A stretch of 64,000 nucleotides of DNA from contig JBAYLH010000001.1 of the NCBI GenBank assembly GCA_041664165.1, forward strand, positions 73,469-137,468, in the 5' to 3' direction. The notes beneath the pieces are model-generated. The model was not told the origin of the DNA. It made no database searches and was given only the letters and a program-made list of their open reading frames with translations. A program made the translations under genes and the position numbers. The stretch comes from Candidatus Buchananbacteria bacterium (GTDB taxonomy: Bacteria > Patescibacteriota > Patescibacteriia > Buchananbacterales > UBA6539). Positions 1 through 9,830 of the stretch are shown one piece after another (positions within the stretch are counted from its first letter, which is position 1; the number at the start of each line of letters is the position of its first letter).

Positions 1-400
1 AGACGACCATTGCCGGCACGCCGACCTGGCGGGCTAACAAAATGTGTTCCCGAGTCTGAGGCATCGGACCGTCAGTGGCGGCAACGACTAAAATCGCACC
101 ATCCATCTGAGCGGCGCCGGTAACCATATTTTTGACGTAGTCAGCATGACCTGGGCAGTCAATATGGGCATAGTGCCGTTTGTCGGTTTCATACTCAACG
201 TGAGCCGTGGCAATCGTAATACCGCGCTCTCTTTCTTCGGGAGCGTTATCAATTTGATCAACACTTTTGCTCTGCGCTTTGTTGCCTTTTTTATTTAAGT
301 AGGCTAAAATTGCCGCCGTTAAGGTGGTTTTACCATGATCGACGTGACCGATGGTGCCAATGTTTAAGTGCGGCTTTGTTCGTTCAAATTTATCAGCCAT
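1..400 (-). CDS. tuf: Elongation factor Tu, N-terminal part (runs off window)
   Basis: Manual translation from ATG at 400: [31 protein letters not shown]; later RERGITI and [12 protein letters not shown] motifs; follows fusA. Confidence 0.98.
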   Translation of the reverse strand, partial: MADKFERTKPHLNIGTIGHVDHGKTTLTAAILAYLNKKGNKAQSKSVDQIDNAPEERERGITIATAHVEYETDKRHYAHIDCPGHADYVKNMVTGAAQMDGAILVVAATDGPMPQTREHILLARQVGVPAMVV

Positions 401-627
401 AATTTTAACTTCTTCCTTCTTTGCGATCTTTTGTGAGCCAGTCAGGCGAAGGATAGCCCGACGGATCGCATTAATTACTTATTAAAAAATTAAAAATAAA
501 AGCACTGTTGAGTATATAACAAATCGTCAGCAGTTGTCAACCCCACATCCTTTTTGCCTGATTTTTTCGCTATCTTTAGTAACATTTTGAAAAAATAAAT
601 TAAAGTTAAAAATTCTCAAAAGCAACG

Positions 628-1005
628 CTAGTCAATTGGTTCAAAGTAGTATTTCTCGTCAGCCGCTTCGGAAACTGCAAAATTATTGGCTTGTTTAAGC
701 GATTTTTCTTCAATAACCGGACTAACCTTAACTCGCTTAACATCTTCAATCGCACTTTCAATCACATCCCAATTATCCAAATTATCCTGCTGCTGAGTCG
801 CTTTCCAGTTGGCAATATCCCGATTAATCTTTTCCAGCAGCTCATTTTCGGTCAACCCAGCCACTTCTGACTTGCCTAAAATCATACTTTCATAGCTGGC
901 AAAACTGACAACAACATAAGTCGGCTCGCCTTTGTGATCCAAAACTATGCAGTTATCCCCAGTCTTTTTCGCCAGCTCAATGATCTTTTCTAAGGCATTA
1001 GACAT
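628..1005 (-). CDS. Hypothetical protein between fusA and tuf; N-terminus loosely Phd/YefM-like
   Basis: 125-aa ORF co-oriented with the str operon; CIVLDHKGEPTYVVVSFASYE resembles the Phd beta-beta-alpha segment. Confidence 0.7.
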   Translation of the reverse strand: MSNALEKIIELAKKTGDNCIVLDHKGEPTYVVVSFASYESMILGKSEVAGLTENELLEKINRDIANWKATQQQDNLDNWDVIESAIEDVKRVKVSPVIEEKSLKQANNFAVSEAADEKYYFEPID

Positions 1006-1039
1006 AGTAGTTATCTAAACTTTTATTACTTCAGCGTGG

Positions 1040-3148
1040 TTATTTTCTAACTTTTGTATCTTTGGTTTTTATCTGTTCGGCAACGTTATTAGGCACCTCG
1101 GCATAATGGTCAAATTCCATATTGTAGGAAGCGCGGCCTTGAGTCATTGACCGGATTTCCGTGGCATAACCGAACATTTCGGCTAACGGCACTTGGGCGT
1201 CAATTACTTTCGTTTGTCCCCGATCCCGCATTTCGTCAATTTGACCGCGTTTGGAATTAATATTACCAATAATATCGCCCATATATTGTTCCGGAGTAAT
1301 CACTTCAACTCTCATAATCGGCTCAAGTAAAATCGGACTGGCGCGCCTGGCCGCTTCCTGAAAAGCCATCGAACCGGCAATTTTGAAAGCCGCTTCCGAA
1401 GAGTCAACTTCATGAAAAGACCCGTCGTAAACCGTGGCTTCAATGTCAATAATCGTATAACCGGCAACCACTCCCCTGTCCAACGCTTCTTTGATGCCTT
1501 TTTGAATCGCCGGGATATATTCTCTCGGGATCAGTCCGCCTTTAATTTCATCGTTAAAGACAAAGCCTTCGCCGCGAGCCCGAGGCGCCACTCTAATCCA
1601 GCAATGGCCGTATTGGCCGCGGCCGCCGGACTGCCGGATGTATTTGCCTTCGGCTTCAGCCGTGCCTTTGATCGTTTCTTTGTAAGCCACTTGCGGCCGG
1701 CCGACATTGGCTTCCACTTTGAATTCCCGCTTCATTCTTTCGACTAAAACTTCCAAATGAAGTTCGCCCATACCGGCAATAATCGTCTGCATGGTTTCTT
1801 CGTCGCCGTGAACTTTAAAGGTCGGGTCTTCTTCGGCCAATTTAGCCAAAGCCATACCCATTTTTTCCTGGTCGGCTTTGGTTTTCGGCTCAATCGCCAC
1901 AGAAATAACCGTTTCCGGAAAGACAATTGATTCCAAAACAATCGGATGATTTTCGTCGCATAAAGTATGGCCGGTAAAGGTACTTTTTAAACCGACGGCG
2001 GCGGCGATTTCGCCGGCAAAGACTTCTTTGACTTCTTCCCGGTGATTGGCGTGCATCCTAACGATTCGGCCGATTCTTTCTTTGTTGCCGTTTGAAGAGT
2101 TTATAATATACGAACCGGCGCTTAAAGTACCGGCATAAACGCGAAAAAAACAAAGTTTGCCGACAAACGGATCGGCGGCGATTTTAAAAGCTAAAGCGGT
2201 AAAAGGCTGGTCATCGGCCGCTGAACGAACTTCTTCGGTTTCTTTATTTTTGGGATGAAAACCTTTAACCGGCGGGATGTCTAACGGGCTGGGCAAAAAA
2301 TCGCAGACCGCGTCCAAAAGATATTGAACGCCTTTATTTTTCAAAGCGGAACCGCACAAAACCGGCATAATTTCGTTATTGATCGTCGCTTTTCTCAAAA
2401 CTTTTTTCAAATCGGCTAAAGCAATCGCCTCGCCGTTTAAATATTTGTTTAATAAATTTTCATCATGCTGGACAATGGCTTCGATTAATTCATGGCGGTA
2501 TTTTTCCGCCAACTCTTTCAAATCTGCCGGAATTTCCGATTCTTCCATGTCTTTGCCCAAATCGTCTTTGTAAATAAAGGCTTTTTCGACCAACAAATCA
2601 ACAATGCCACTGAAGCCGCCTTCAGTGCCGATCGGCAGCTGAATCGGATAAGCGTTTTTGGTTAGCCTTTCTCTAATACTATCTAGATCACTGTAGAAAT
2701 CGGCACCGGTGCGGTCGAGTTTATTAATAAAACCAAGCAATGGCACCCGAAATTTTTCCGCCTGGTGATAAACGGTTTCGGACTGCGGCTCAACGCCGGC
2801 CACGCCATCAAAAACCACTACCCCGCCGTCCAAAACCCGCAACGAACGCTGAACTTCGGCGGTAAAATCAATATGACCGGGAGTATCGATTAAATTGAGC
2901 CGGCAGGCATTTTCTTCTTCGCCTCGTGGCGCCCAAAAACAGGTCGTCGCGGCGGAAGTAATCGTAATGCCTCTTTCCCGTTCCTGCTCCATCCAGTCCA
3001 TTTCGGCTTCGCCTTCGTGAACTTCGCCGATTTTATGTTTTTTGCCGGTATAAAACAAAATTCGCTCAGATACAGTGGTTTTTCCCGCGTCAATGTGAGC
3101 GATAATTCCGATATTTCTAGTTTTTTCTAAAGAAGATTCTCTTGGCAT
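1040..3148 (-). CDS. fusA: Elongation factor G
   Basis: [36 protein letters not shown] motifs; 702 aa. Confidence 0.99.
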   Translation of the reverse strand: MPRESSLEKTRNIGIIAHIDAGKTTVSERILFYTGKKHKIGEVHEGEAEMDWMEQERERGITITSAATTCFWAPRGEEENACRLNLIDTPGHIDFTAEVQRSLRVLDGGVVVFDGVAGVEPQSETVYHQAEKFRVPLLGFINKLDRTGADFYSDLDSIRERLTKNAYPIQLPIGTEGGFSGIVDLLVEKAFIYKDDLGKDMEESEIPADLKELAEKYRHELIEAIVQHDENLLNKYLNGEAIALADLKKVLRKATINNEIMPVLCGSALKNKGVQYLLDAVCDFLPSPLDIPPVKGFHPKNKETEEVRSAADDQPFTALAFKIAADPFVGKLCFFRVYAGTLSAGSYIINSSNGNKERIGRIVRMHANHREEVKEVFAGEIAAAVGLKSTFTGHTLCDENHPIVLESIVFPETVISVAIEPKTKADQEKMGMALAKLAEEDPTFKVHGDEETMQTIIAGMGELHLEVLVERMKREFKVEANVGRPQVAYKETIKGTAEAEGKYIRQSGGRGQYGHCWIRVAPRARGEGFVFNDEIKGGLIPREYIPAIQKGIKEALDRGVVAGYTIIDIEATVYDGSFHEVDSSEAAFKIAGSMAFQEAARRASPILLEPIMRVEVITPEQYMGDIIGNINSKRGQIDEMRDRGQTKVIDAQVPLAEMFGYATEIRSMTQGRASYNMEFDHYAEVPNNVAEQIKTKDTKVRK

Positions 3149-3149
3149 A

Positions 3150-3287
3150 AAAAATTTAAATTCTAATTTCTAATTTCAAAATTCGAAATAAATTACAAAC
3201 TATAAATTCTAATTTTCCAGATATTTTAAAATTTATAATTTAATAAATTGGAATTTGTTTAGAATTTCGAGTTTCGGGCTTCGAATT
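3150..3287. repeat. Intergenic degenerate heptamer repeats arranged as an imperfect inverted repeat
   Basis: ttctaat/ttcaaaa/ttcgaaa units on the left, complementary tagaatt/tcgagtt units on the right. Confidence 0.55.
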
Positions 3288-3752
3288 TTATCTAATGAAA
3301 TGCGCAAAAGCCCGGTTGGCTTCGGCCATTTTGTAAGTATCTTGGCGTTTTTTAATCGCTGCCCCTTCCCGGTTATAAGCGGCCATGAATTCTTCCGCTA
3401 ATTTTTGGCTCATCGGCATGCCTTTTTTCGCCTTGGCCGCGGTGATAATCCAGCGATAAGCTAAGGCTTTCCGGCGAGAGGGAGGCACCGGCACGGGAAT
3501 TTGATAATTACCGCCGCCGATTCTTTTTGATCTGACTTCGACTTCCGGACCAACGTTTTTAATCGCTCCGTCAAAAATTTCTAACGGGTCTTTATTGGTT
3601 TTTTCTTTAATAAAATCAAAGCAATCATAAACTATGCGCTGGGCAGTGGCTTTTTTGCCCCGTTCCATGATTTGGGTGATAAATTTAGCAATATTAACGC
3701 TTTGATATCTAGGATCAGGGATAATTTCTCGTTTTGGAGTCTTGCCTCGCAT
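3288..3752 (-). CDS. rpsG: 30S ribosomal protein S7
   Basis: GKKATAQRIVY, EVRSKRIGG, MAEANRAFAH. Confidence 0.99.
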   Translation of the reverse strand: MRGKTPKREIIPDPRYQSVNIAKFITQIMERGKKATAQRIVYDCFDFIKEKTNKDPLEIFDGAIKNVGPEVEVRSKRIGGGNYQIPVPVPPSRRKALAYRWIITAAKAKKGMPMSQKLAEEFMAAYNREGAAIKKRQDTYKMAEANRAFAHFIR

Positions 3753-3769
3753 AATAAGTAGTATTAAAA

Positions 3770-4201
3770 TTATTTCGATTTAGCTTCAGTACCCGTTTTT
3801 GAGCCGTATAAGCTCCGGCCCTGCCGGCGGCCATCAACGCCGACGGTATCATAAACCCCGCGGACAATGTGATACCGGACGCCAGGCAAATCTTTAACCC
3901 GGCCGCCGCGGATCAAAACCACGGAGTGTTCCTGCAGATTATGGCCTTCGCCCGGAATATAGGCGGTTACTTCCATGCCGTTTGATAGCCGAACCCTGGC
4001 AATTTTTCTTAAAGCCGAGTTAGGCTTTTTTGGCGTCATGGTCGTAACTTTAACGCAAACGCCCCGCTTAAAACCGGCACCTTTGGCTAATTCCCGTTTT
4101 TTCCGGCGCAAAGTATTAGAAACCAGCATCAGAGCCGGTGTCTTTGATTTTTTCTTCTGCGATTTGCGCTTTCGCTTGATTAATTGATTGATTGTTGGCA
4201 T
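3770..4201 (-). CDS. rpsL: 30S ribosomal protein S12
   Basis: [30 protein letters not shown]. Confidence 0.99.
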   Translation of the reverse strand: MPTINQLIKRKRKSQKKKSKTPALMLVSNTLRRKKRELAKGAGFKRGVCVKVTTMTPKKPNSALRKIARVRLSNGMEVTAYIPGEGHNLQEHSVVLIRGGRVKDLPGVRYHIVRGVYDTVGVDGRRQGRSLYGSKTGTEAKSK

Positions 4202-4292
4202 TTTCCTGTTTTCAAGTCTTAAAAACCTGCCTTTAAGGCAGTTAACATAGAGATATCCTAACGAATAATCAAAAAGAAGTCAAGAGATTGGT

Positions 4293-4952
4293 TTAAAGCC
4301 CAAAAAAATTGATGAATAAATTAAAAATAAAATTAAAAATCAGATTAATAAATGGCATAAAAACAAACAGAATTGCAATTGATAAAACCAGGCCGTAGCG
4401 CGCCATAAAAAAGGGATTAGCCAGCGGACTTTTGCTGAATACTTGGGCAATTGGCTTAAAAGTCGTCAAAAAATTAAAGCCGTCAAAACCCGGCAAGGGC
4501 AAGAAATTAAAAACCGCCAAAACAATATTAATCTGCAAAAAGGCCACGAATAAAATCACGCCTAAATTATTAAAATCAAACCCGAGAAATTGAACCGTAA
4601 TTTTTATGACTAAGGCGGCGATTACAGCTAAAACAAAATTAGTCAAAACCCCGGCCAAAGACACCCAGCGGTAAGCGCTGACTCCCCCCTTCAAACGGTA
4701 AGGATTAACCGGCACCGGCTTGGCCCAGCCGAACAAAAAATTGGTTCCGGATAAAAAAAGCAGCCCTGGCACGAGAATTGAACCGATCGGATCAATATGA
4801 ACCAAGGGATTTAAAGACAGCCGGCCGGAAATTTTGGCCGTGTCATCGCCAAAACGATAAGCCACCAAGCCATGGGCAATCTCGTGGAAGATGACCGAAA
4901 AAATAAAGGCCACGATTTGAACTATTGTTTTAACCGCGTCTAAATTATCCAT
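4293..4952 (-). CDS. Site-2 protease (M50) membrane metallopeptidase
   Basis: HEIAH zinc motif, FNFLPLPGFDG, multiple hydrophobic segments. Confidence 0.93.
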   Translation of the reverse strand: MDNLDAVKTIVQIVAFIFSVIFHEIAHGLVAYRFGDDTAKISGRLSLNPLVHIDPIGSILVPGLLFLSGTNFLFGWAKPVPVNPYRLKGGVSAYRWVSLAGVLTNFVLAVIAALVIKITVQFLGFDFNNLGVILFVAFLQINIVLAVFNFLPLPGFDGFNFLTTFKPIAQVFSKSPLANPFFMARYGLVLSIAILFVFMPFINLIFNFIFNLFINFFGL

Positions 4953-5035
4953 AATGTCTTAATCATAACACAAAGCCTTGATTTTTTAAAACCAATCTGA
5001 TATGCTACCAACATTACTAAATTAAGTCAGATTCT

Positions 5036-5212
5036 ATGAAAACTTGCGACATTTGCGGCCGACAACCGCTGAAGGCCAACTGGATAAGCCATTCCAACAT
5101 CAAAACGATTCGCCGGCAGAAACTAAATTTGCAGGCCAAAAAAATTGATGGCAAAAAAATGACGATTTGTACCAGTTGCCTAAAAACTCTATCAAAGAAA
5201 AAAACTAAGTAA
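5036..5212 (+). CDS. rpmB: 50S ribosomal protein L28, Cys-containing (zinc-type) form
   Basis: Manual translation (58 aa, below ORF cutoff): MKTCDICGRQPLKANWISHSNIKTIRRQKLNLQAKKIDGKKMTICTSCLKTLSKKKTK. Confidence 0.95.
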   Translation: MKTCDICGRQPLKANWISHSNIKTIRRQKLNLQAKKIDGKKMTICTSCLKTLSKKKTK

Positions 5213-5254
5213 CAAGTTAGCTTTTAGCTGATAGGAAAGTTACTTAGTTTTTTT
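5201..5254 (+). terminator. Hairpin terminator after rpmB, probably bidirectional
   Basis: aaaactaagtaac ... gttacttagtttt inverted repeat with T tract; lies between convergent genes. Confidence 0.7.
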
Positions 5255-5280
5255 ATTGAAAAAATTATTGTCACTTGCCT

Positions 5281-5874
5281 CTAAAAATTATTTTTACCAT
5301 TTAAAAAGGGATTTGGCTGGTCAAAAACGATCCGCGGCGTCTGATTATTAATAACATCCAAAGCCACACCATAACGCTTTTGATAAAGCAAATCGGTTGA
5401 ACCAAAAATCGCTTGGGTATAATCAAAACCCAAACTAACGGCCGCGGCTTTGACCAAATTTTCCGCGGCGGCTTCGATTTCGACGAACGGTTCCAAAAAC
5501 GGCCACTCGTCAATCGTAACTTCGGCTTGACCCAAGCGCCAAATTTCCCGCCGATTTTCCTGGTAAGATTTTTGCACGCAGCCGATACTGGCTAAAAATT
5601 TTACCGCTTGGTTATAATCATTAACCGTCAGACAAATTTCTTTTTGATCGGTAATTTTATCGCCCAAAACGGCTTTTAAACTCATGGTAATTTTATCGCC
5701 TTCGTCTCTCACCCGCAGCCAAGCACCGGGAATATCATTTCCCACCGGCAGTAAAAAAACCGTCCGGCGCTGTAAAAATTCTTTTTTCACTAAAACCGCG
5801 CCGGCGTCAAGCAAGCGCTGGGCCATTTCCGCTTTATTAATATTACAAAAAGTGGCTTCGTATTCAATATCCAT
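5281..5874 (-). CDS. CYTH-domain protein
   Basis: N-terminal ExE (IEYEA), WLRVRDEG, FVEIE motifs. Confidence 0.9.
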   Translation of the reverse strand: MDIEYEATFCNINKAEMAQRLLDAGAVLVKKEFLQRRTVFLLPVGNDIPGAWLRVRDEGDKITMSLKAVLGDKITDQKEICLTVNDYNQAVKFLASIGCVQKSYQENRREIWRLGQAEVTIDEWPFLEPFVEIEAAAENLVKAAAVSLGFDYTQAIFGSTDLLYQKRYGVALDVINNQTPRIVFDQPNPFLNGKNNF

Positions 5875-6101
5875 ATCTGGCTTTATTAATTCCCAATCCC
5901 GATTTTGGATTTTTAGTGTTAATTTCAGCCATAAAACCGAAAAAATCCTTGTGTTTATATTATAACATTATTGAAAGACCGGGCAAAAGCCATCCTGATT
6001 TTTTTGGGCGCGAAATTGACCAGTGGACGAAAATCAAAAAATGAGTATAATTATACCATCAGGGTAAAGGTGCAATTAAAATTAAACTTAGAAATTTTGG
6101 T

Positions 6102-6178
6102 CGGGGTATAGCGAAGTTGGCTATCGCGCATGCATGGGGTGCATGAGACCGCGGGTTCGAGTCCCGCTACCCCGACCA
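6102..6178 (+). tRNA. tRNA-Pro(GGG) with encoded CCA
   Basis: Cloverleaf: CGGGGTA/TACCCCG acceptor stem, CATGC-ATGGGGT-GCATG anticodon arm, GGTTCGAGTCC T-arm, ACCA end. Confidence 0.97.
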
Positions 6179-6191
6179 AAATTTCTAGTCC

Positions 6192-6227
6192 AAAAAAATG
6201 CTTCAGCTTGACCGAAGCGTTTTTTTT
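6192..6227 (+). terminator. Intrinsic terminator after tRNA-Pro
   Basis: atgcttc ... gaagcgt followed by a T tract. Confidence 0.7.
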
Positions 6228-6353
6228 AAAATTAACAAATTATCTTCATTAACTATAAAAACTCGCTTCCGGACGGATGAAATTTAGCGGTAAAAAAAGA
6301 AGCCCGAGAAAATAATCTCTCAGGCTTGATAATCGAAACAAAGAACTGGTCAC

Positions 6354-7388
6354 TTAGGCTGCCCGGCCGATAGCATTGGCTACCGCTTTGACCTTGATCA
6401 TCAGCCCGGCAAACTGCTGAGGATTCAACGACTGGGCGCCGTCACAGAGAGCCGAGTCTGGATCGGGATGGACTTCGATTAACAAACCATCCGCACCAGC
6501 AGCCACTGCGGCTAAAGCAATATCTGGCACCAAATCGCGATTGCCGGCGGTGTGCGACGGATCAAATATCACCGGATGATGGGTCAATCCTTTAACAACC
6601 GGAATCGCATCGATGTCCGCGGAATTGCGAGTATGGCCATTATCGAAAGTACGGATGCCGCGAGCGCAAAGAATCACCCGCTGATTACCTTCAGAAACGA
6701 TGTACTCAGCGGCTTGGAGCCACTCATCAATTGTAGCAGCCATCCCCCGCTTAAGAATCACCGGCTTATCAATTCTACCCACCGCCCTCAGCAGCCCGAA
6801 ATTTTGCATATTGCGAGTACCAATCTGCAAAATATCAGCATGCTCGGCAACTAAAGCCACATTTTCCAACGACGTCACCTCCGTCACAATCGGCAAACCG
6901 GTTTCCTGGCGCGCTTGGGCTAAAAACCGTAAGCCCCTTTCTTCTAACCCCTGAAAGAGATGGGGCGAGGTCCGCGGCTTATAGGCGCCACCACGCAAAA
7001 CCACGGCGCCGGCTTGTTTAACGGCGTTCGCTGAAGCCGTAATTTGTTCCAATGACTCAACCGCACAAGGACCGGCCATCACTACCAGCGGCTGATTGCC
7101 ACCAATAGAAATACCATTAATCTGTACAGTGAATTCATCCGGATGAGCTTGGCGAGCAGTTAGCCGAAACGGCGTTTTGGCAAGTTCAACATCAGTCACA
7201 CCAGGCAAGCTCAGAAAAAAATCTTTGAGCCGAAGCTTTTGTTCATGAGAAACTGTACCCAGGCAATTGACAACGCTGACTTCGGTGCCAGCGGTTACGA
7301 TTGCCTTGTTGAACCCGGCGGCCAAAACTTCAGCTTGGACCCGCTTGACATGATCTGACGTCGCGTTTGGACGCATGCAAACAAACAT
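6354..7388 (-). CDS. aroF: DAHP synthase, type I-beta with N-terminal regulatory domain
   Basis: [39 protein letters not shown] motifs. Confidence 0.95.
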   Translation of the reverse strand: MFVCMRPNATSDHVKRVQAEVLAAGFNKAIVTAGTEVSVVNCLGTVSHEQKLRLKDFFLSLPGVTDVELAKTPFRLTARQAHPDEFTVQINGISIGGNQPLVVMAGPCAVESLEQITASANAVKQAGAVVLRGGAYKPRTSPHLFQGLEERGLRFLAQARQETGLPIVTEVTSLENVALVAEHADILQIGTRNMQNFGLLRAVGRIDKPVILKRGMAATIDEWLQAAEYIVSEGNQRVILCARGIRTFDNGHTRNSADIDAIPVVKGLTHHPVIFDPSHTAGNRDLVPDIALAAVAAGADGLLIEVHPDPDSALCDGAQSLNPQQFAGLMIKVKAVANAIGRAA

Positions 7389-7391
7389 AAC

Positions 7392-8249
7392 TTACTCCTC
7401 ATCTGTTATGGCGATTGGTTTTGCTTTCGGATAAGAGCCAACCACCATCACCTTATCCGTGAATCGTTCTCTTAGCTGCCCTATTGCCGCCGCGAAAACC
7501 GGATCACTTTCATGACCGTCAACATCAATCCAGAAATTACACTCTCCCAATACCAGCTTAGTAGTGTAAGAGGTAATCCGACTCAGGTTAAGACCCTGAT
7601 AGTAGAATACACCCAATGCATTATACAGTGCCCCGGCTTCGTTTTTAGTGGAGAAAAACAGGGTTGTCTTACTTTGGCCATTGGCCGCTGTCTTGGGTCC
7701 GCCCAAGACAACGAAGCGGGTCACATTATGTTGTGAATCGCCGATGTCGGCAGCTAACACCTGTAAACCATGCTGCTCGGCGGCTTGCTTAGAACCAATC
7801 GCCACAACCGTAGCCACTTCAGACTGAGAAACTAACTCAGCCGCCAGTGCCGTGCTGCTAACCGGTGTCTGTTTCCAATTGCGATCTTGTAAAAATCTTG
7901 AACATTGAGCCAGACCTTGCGAATGCGACAAGACCTTAGTCACCAAAGACAAATCGGTTTGAGACTGGCCTAAAAGCATCTGTCGGATCGGTATCAACAC
8001 TTCTTGAGTAATCCGCAGATTCGGATTGGTCCAGACATGAGCCATCAAAAAATCGACAGTGTCATGGACAACATCGCCCAAGACGTTTTCTATCGGAACA
8101 ATCGCCCGATCAAGCTTGCCTTGAATAAAAGCCTCGAGTAACTGAGTAATTGAAGCAAACCCAATCAGCTCAAATTTGTTGCAGCTCCAAACGATTGCTG
8201 CTTGAGCGGAAAATGTTCCCTCGGGTCCGAGATAACCAAGCCTTAACAT
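7392..8249 (-). CDS. pheA: Prephenate dehydratase with ACT domain, no chorismate mutase domain
   Basis: YLGPEGTFS, VPIEN, SHSQGLAQC, NVTRFVV; C-terminal ACT-like segment. Confidence 0.93.
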   Translation of the reverse strand: MLRLGYLGPEGTFSAQAAIVWSCNKFELIGFASITQLLEAFIQGKLDRAIVPIENVLGDVVHDTVDFLMAHVWTNPNLRITQEVLIPIRQMLLGQSQTDLSLVTKVLSHSQGLAQCSRFLQDRNWKQTPVSSTALAAELVSQSEVATVVAIGSKQAAEQHGLQVLAADIGDSQHNVTRFVVLGGPKTAANGQSKTTLFFSTKNEAGALYNALGVFYYQGLNLSRITSYTTKLVLGECNFWIDVDGHESDPVFAAAIGQLRERFTDKVMVVGSYPKAKPIAITDEE

Positions 8250-8268
8250 CTTATCTCCTCTTCTCAGC

Positions 8269-8664
8269 TTACGCTGATATTTCGGCCGGTTCTGCTTCCA
8301 ATTTCACTTCCTCAGCAACGAAGCAACCCTCAAGTTGCCCCCGAAGTTGCTCCTGGATCATTTTTCTGTTCTCACTCTCCACCTGCGGGGCAAAAAAGAT
8401 TTCGGCCAGATATTCCCTTCCTGAACCGTCTTTAGCCACTACCTTAAACTTCAAGTAGCCACACTGGACTACTAAAGTTTTTTCATCTGGAAGAATTGCC
8501 ATAAAGCTCCAGCCGACATTCTCATCAGATAAAATCTCAAGCAACTGCCACAAGCAACGAATGGCAGCTTTCCAGTCACAGGTTATCTTCGGCACCTCAT
8601 TCGTGCCGTCGGAATCACTAGCAATTTCTTTGCCATTTTGGCCAATCTGAATAGTAGACAACAT
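8269..8664 (-). CDS. Hypothetical protein, first gene of the orf-pheA-aroF unit
   Basis: 131 aa, strong SD (aaggagg) before ATG, 19 bp upstream of pheA. Confidence 0.75.
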   Translation of the reverse strand: MLSTIQIGQNGKEIASDSDGTNEVPKITCDWKAAIRCLWQLLEILSDENVGWSFMAILPDEKTLVVQCGYLKFKVVAKDGSGREYLAEIFFAPQVESENRKMIQEQLRGQLEGCFVAEEVKLEAEPAEISA

Positions 8665-8773
8665 CGCCTTTCCTCCTTATCTATTGTGTCAAGGAACCTG
8701 CCTTCTCCATTTGATTTCCATTACTACCCAATTTCTGGCCATAACCGCAAAAACCAAAAATTGAATAATAATC

Positions 8774-8803
8774 AAAAAACTGACCCCTTGTGGCAGATCA
8801 GTT
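8774..8803 (-). terminator. Attenuator terminator of the aromatic leader
   Basis: Minus strand aactgatct-gccacaa-ggggtcagtt plus T tract; its 5' arm can alternatively pair with ggtaggttagtt at the end of the leader ORF. Confidence 0.8.
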
Positions 8804-8843
8804 GCTTGCTTTTTTTGCCTATGATTTGGTCAAACTAAGCCAA

Positions 8844-8933
8844 CTAACCTACCCGGTCAGTAAAGAAATAATAACCAAAAAACCAATTGTTTCCCCCGAG
8901 CGAAGTCGAGGGGTTAGTGATATGTCTTGTCAT
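8844..8933 (-). CDS. Aromatic-amino-acid attenuator leader peptide (29 aa)
   Basis: MTRHITNPSTSLGGNNWFFGYYFFTDRVG; 7 of 8 consecutive codons are W/F/Y; upstream of pheA-aroF. Confidence 0.88.
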   Translation of the reverse strand: MTRHITNPSTSLGGNNWFFGYYFFTDRVG

Positions 8934-8944
8934 AGGATAAATTT

Positions 8945-8973
8945 AGATTATACTATTGGTTTAAGAATGTCAA
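8945..8973 (-). promoter_or_regulatory. Sigma70-type promoter for the aromatic leader
   Basis: TTGACA, 17 nt, TAATCT (overlapping a TATAAT). Confidence 0.75.
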
Positions 8974-8985
8974 GAGAGGCGAATT

Positions 8986-9035
8986 GGATTGCTTCGTCGT
9001 CGGTCACCTCTAGTAACCTCCTCCTCGCAATGACA
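8986..9035. repeat. Palindromic element half (GATTGCTTCGTCG...CTCCTCGCAATGAC type)
   Basis: Matches the end motif of RPE-like dispersed palindromes. Confidence 0.55.
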
Positions 9036-9057
9036 AAAAATTACGCACGGATAAACC

Positions 9058-9804
9058 CTAAACTTCAATCTTTGAAAATAAATAGCTGCCGATGGCTAAT
9101 AAGACTAAAGTTACTATTGCCAAAACCCCGAGATCAGTCAAAAGCCCGACATGAGCGCCATTAATCAAGGCTCCGCGCAAGCCGTCAACGCCATAAAGCA
9201 AAGGATTCAAGTGCATCGCCGCCACCACCGGTGCCGGAAAACCGTCAATAGGAAATAAGGCGCCAGACAGGAAAAATATCGGCATAATTAAAAAATTAAT
9301 AATGATCGGAAAGGCCTGCATATCTTGCATCCGGGAAGCAATGGCCGTACCAAAAGCGGTAAAAACCAAAGCAATTAAAACCATAAAAACCAAAGCCAAA
9401 GGCAAAAGCAAAATACTAGTTGGCCGAAAACCAACCACTAAAGTCATCAAAAAAACCACAATACCCTGAATGGTGGCTACGGTGGCGCCGCCCAAAGTCC
9501 GGCCGATCATAATGTTAAACCGGGAAGACGGCGCGACCAAAGTTTCTTTCAAAAAACCGAATTGCCGATCCCAGATAATTTCAATACCCGTAAAAATGGC
9601 GGTAAAAATAATCGCCATCGCAATCACGCCCGGCGCCAAAAATTGAATATAGCTGCCGCCACCGGCTTTTTGGTAAATCGGCCCGAAACCAAAACCCAGC
9701 GCGACTAAAAATAATAGCGGCTGGCCGAGCGAACCGATCATTCGAGCTTTAGACCTTGAGTACCTTTTAAGTTGTCTTAGCCACAAAATATAAATAACTT
9801 TCAT
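9058..9804 (-). CDS. ABC-2 type exporter permease
   Basis: About six hydrophobic segments, WDRQFGFLKE, FLSGALFP, NPLLYGVD. Confidence 0.93.
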   Translation of the reverse strand: MKVIYILWLRQLKRYSRSKARMIGSLGQPLLFLVALGFGFGPIYQKAGGGSYIQFLAPGVIAMAIIFTAIFTGIEIIWDRQFGFLKETLVAPSSRFNIMIGRTLGGATVATIQGIVVFLMTLVVGFRPTSILLLPLALVFMVLIALVFTAFGTAIASRMQDMQAFPIIINFLIMPIFFLSGALFPIDGFPAPVVAAMHLNPLLYGVDGLRGALINGAHVGLLTDLGVLAIVTLVLLAIGSYLFSKIEV

Positions 9805-9830
9805 AGGGGTTAGGGACTAGGGATTAGGGG

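Noticed and set aside
8638-9164. Plus-strand ORFs 8638..8838 and 8790..9164
   Set aside because: Antisense to the attenuator, promoter and ABC permease end; no SD or protein-like features
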